Virus record (IMG/VR): IMGVR_UViG_2778261179_000010
Origin: a virus
Taxonomy: Duplodnaviria; Heunggongvirae; Uroviricota; Caudoviricetes
Length of the DNA stretch: 5,858 bases
Strand: one strand, 5' to 3'
Both the position numbers and the translations under genes were made by a program. Shown here one piece after another: positions 5,797-5,858 of this stretch (positions within the stretch are counted from its first letter, which is position 1; every line of letters begins with the position of its first letter). The notes below the pieces were generated by a model, which worked only from the letters and a program-made list of their open reading frames with translations, was not told the origin of the DNA and searched no databases.

Positions 5797-5858
5797 GGCT
5801 TTGTTGAATAAATCGAACTTTTGCTGAGTTGAAGGATCAGATCACGCATCTTCCCGAC
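5797..5858 (+). mobile_element. IS903-group (IS5 family) insertion sequence terminus, partial; IS body lies beyond the window end, terminus at base 5797
   Basis: Exact reverse complement of 1..62. Begins with the 18-bp terminal repeat GGCTTTGTTGAATAAATC reading into the element. Confidence 0.75.

Noticed and set aside
1-5858. CRISPR arrays, tRNA/rRNA genes, integrase/attachment sites
   Set aside because: No spaced direct-repeat arrays, no tRNA-like or rRNA-like sequences, and no integrase gene or att core recognised; the only long repeats are the inverted IS ends.

Overview
This window is a fragment of a DLP12-like lambdoid prophage (E. coli type) bracketed by two inverted IS903-group insertion-sequence ends: bases 1-62 and 5797-5858 are perfect reverse complements. 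On the + strand sits an intact OmpC/OmpF-family porin gene (nmpC/Lc/OmpD-like, 308..1390). Everything else is on the - strand, in the order: antirepressor-like gene (Bro-N/AntA-type), an AT-rich two-gene cassette whose first protein is HEPN-like and whose 133-aa partner has no motif I can recognise, then a nin-like module (ylcH-like small ORF, ybcN, ninE, ybcO, rusA, ylcG) and the Q82-family antiterminator gene quuD, which converges on the porin gene across a hairpin-rich intergenic region. The holin/lysis genes that normally follow Q and the porin gene are absent; the IS end is there instead. The best candidate for an undescribed system is the HEPN cassette (3674..4470) with its own AT-rich promoter region, a likely toxin-antitoxin or abortive-infection moron. 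Limits: no searches were run. Gene names and the IS identity rest on motifs and recalled synteny, and promoter and terminator calls are by eye.
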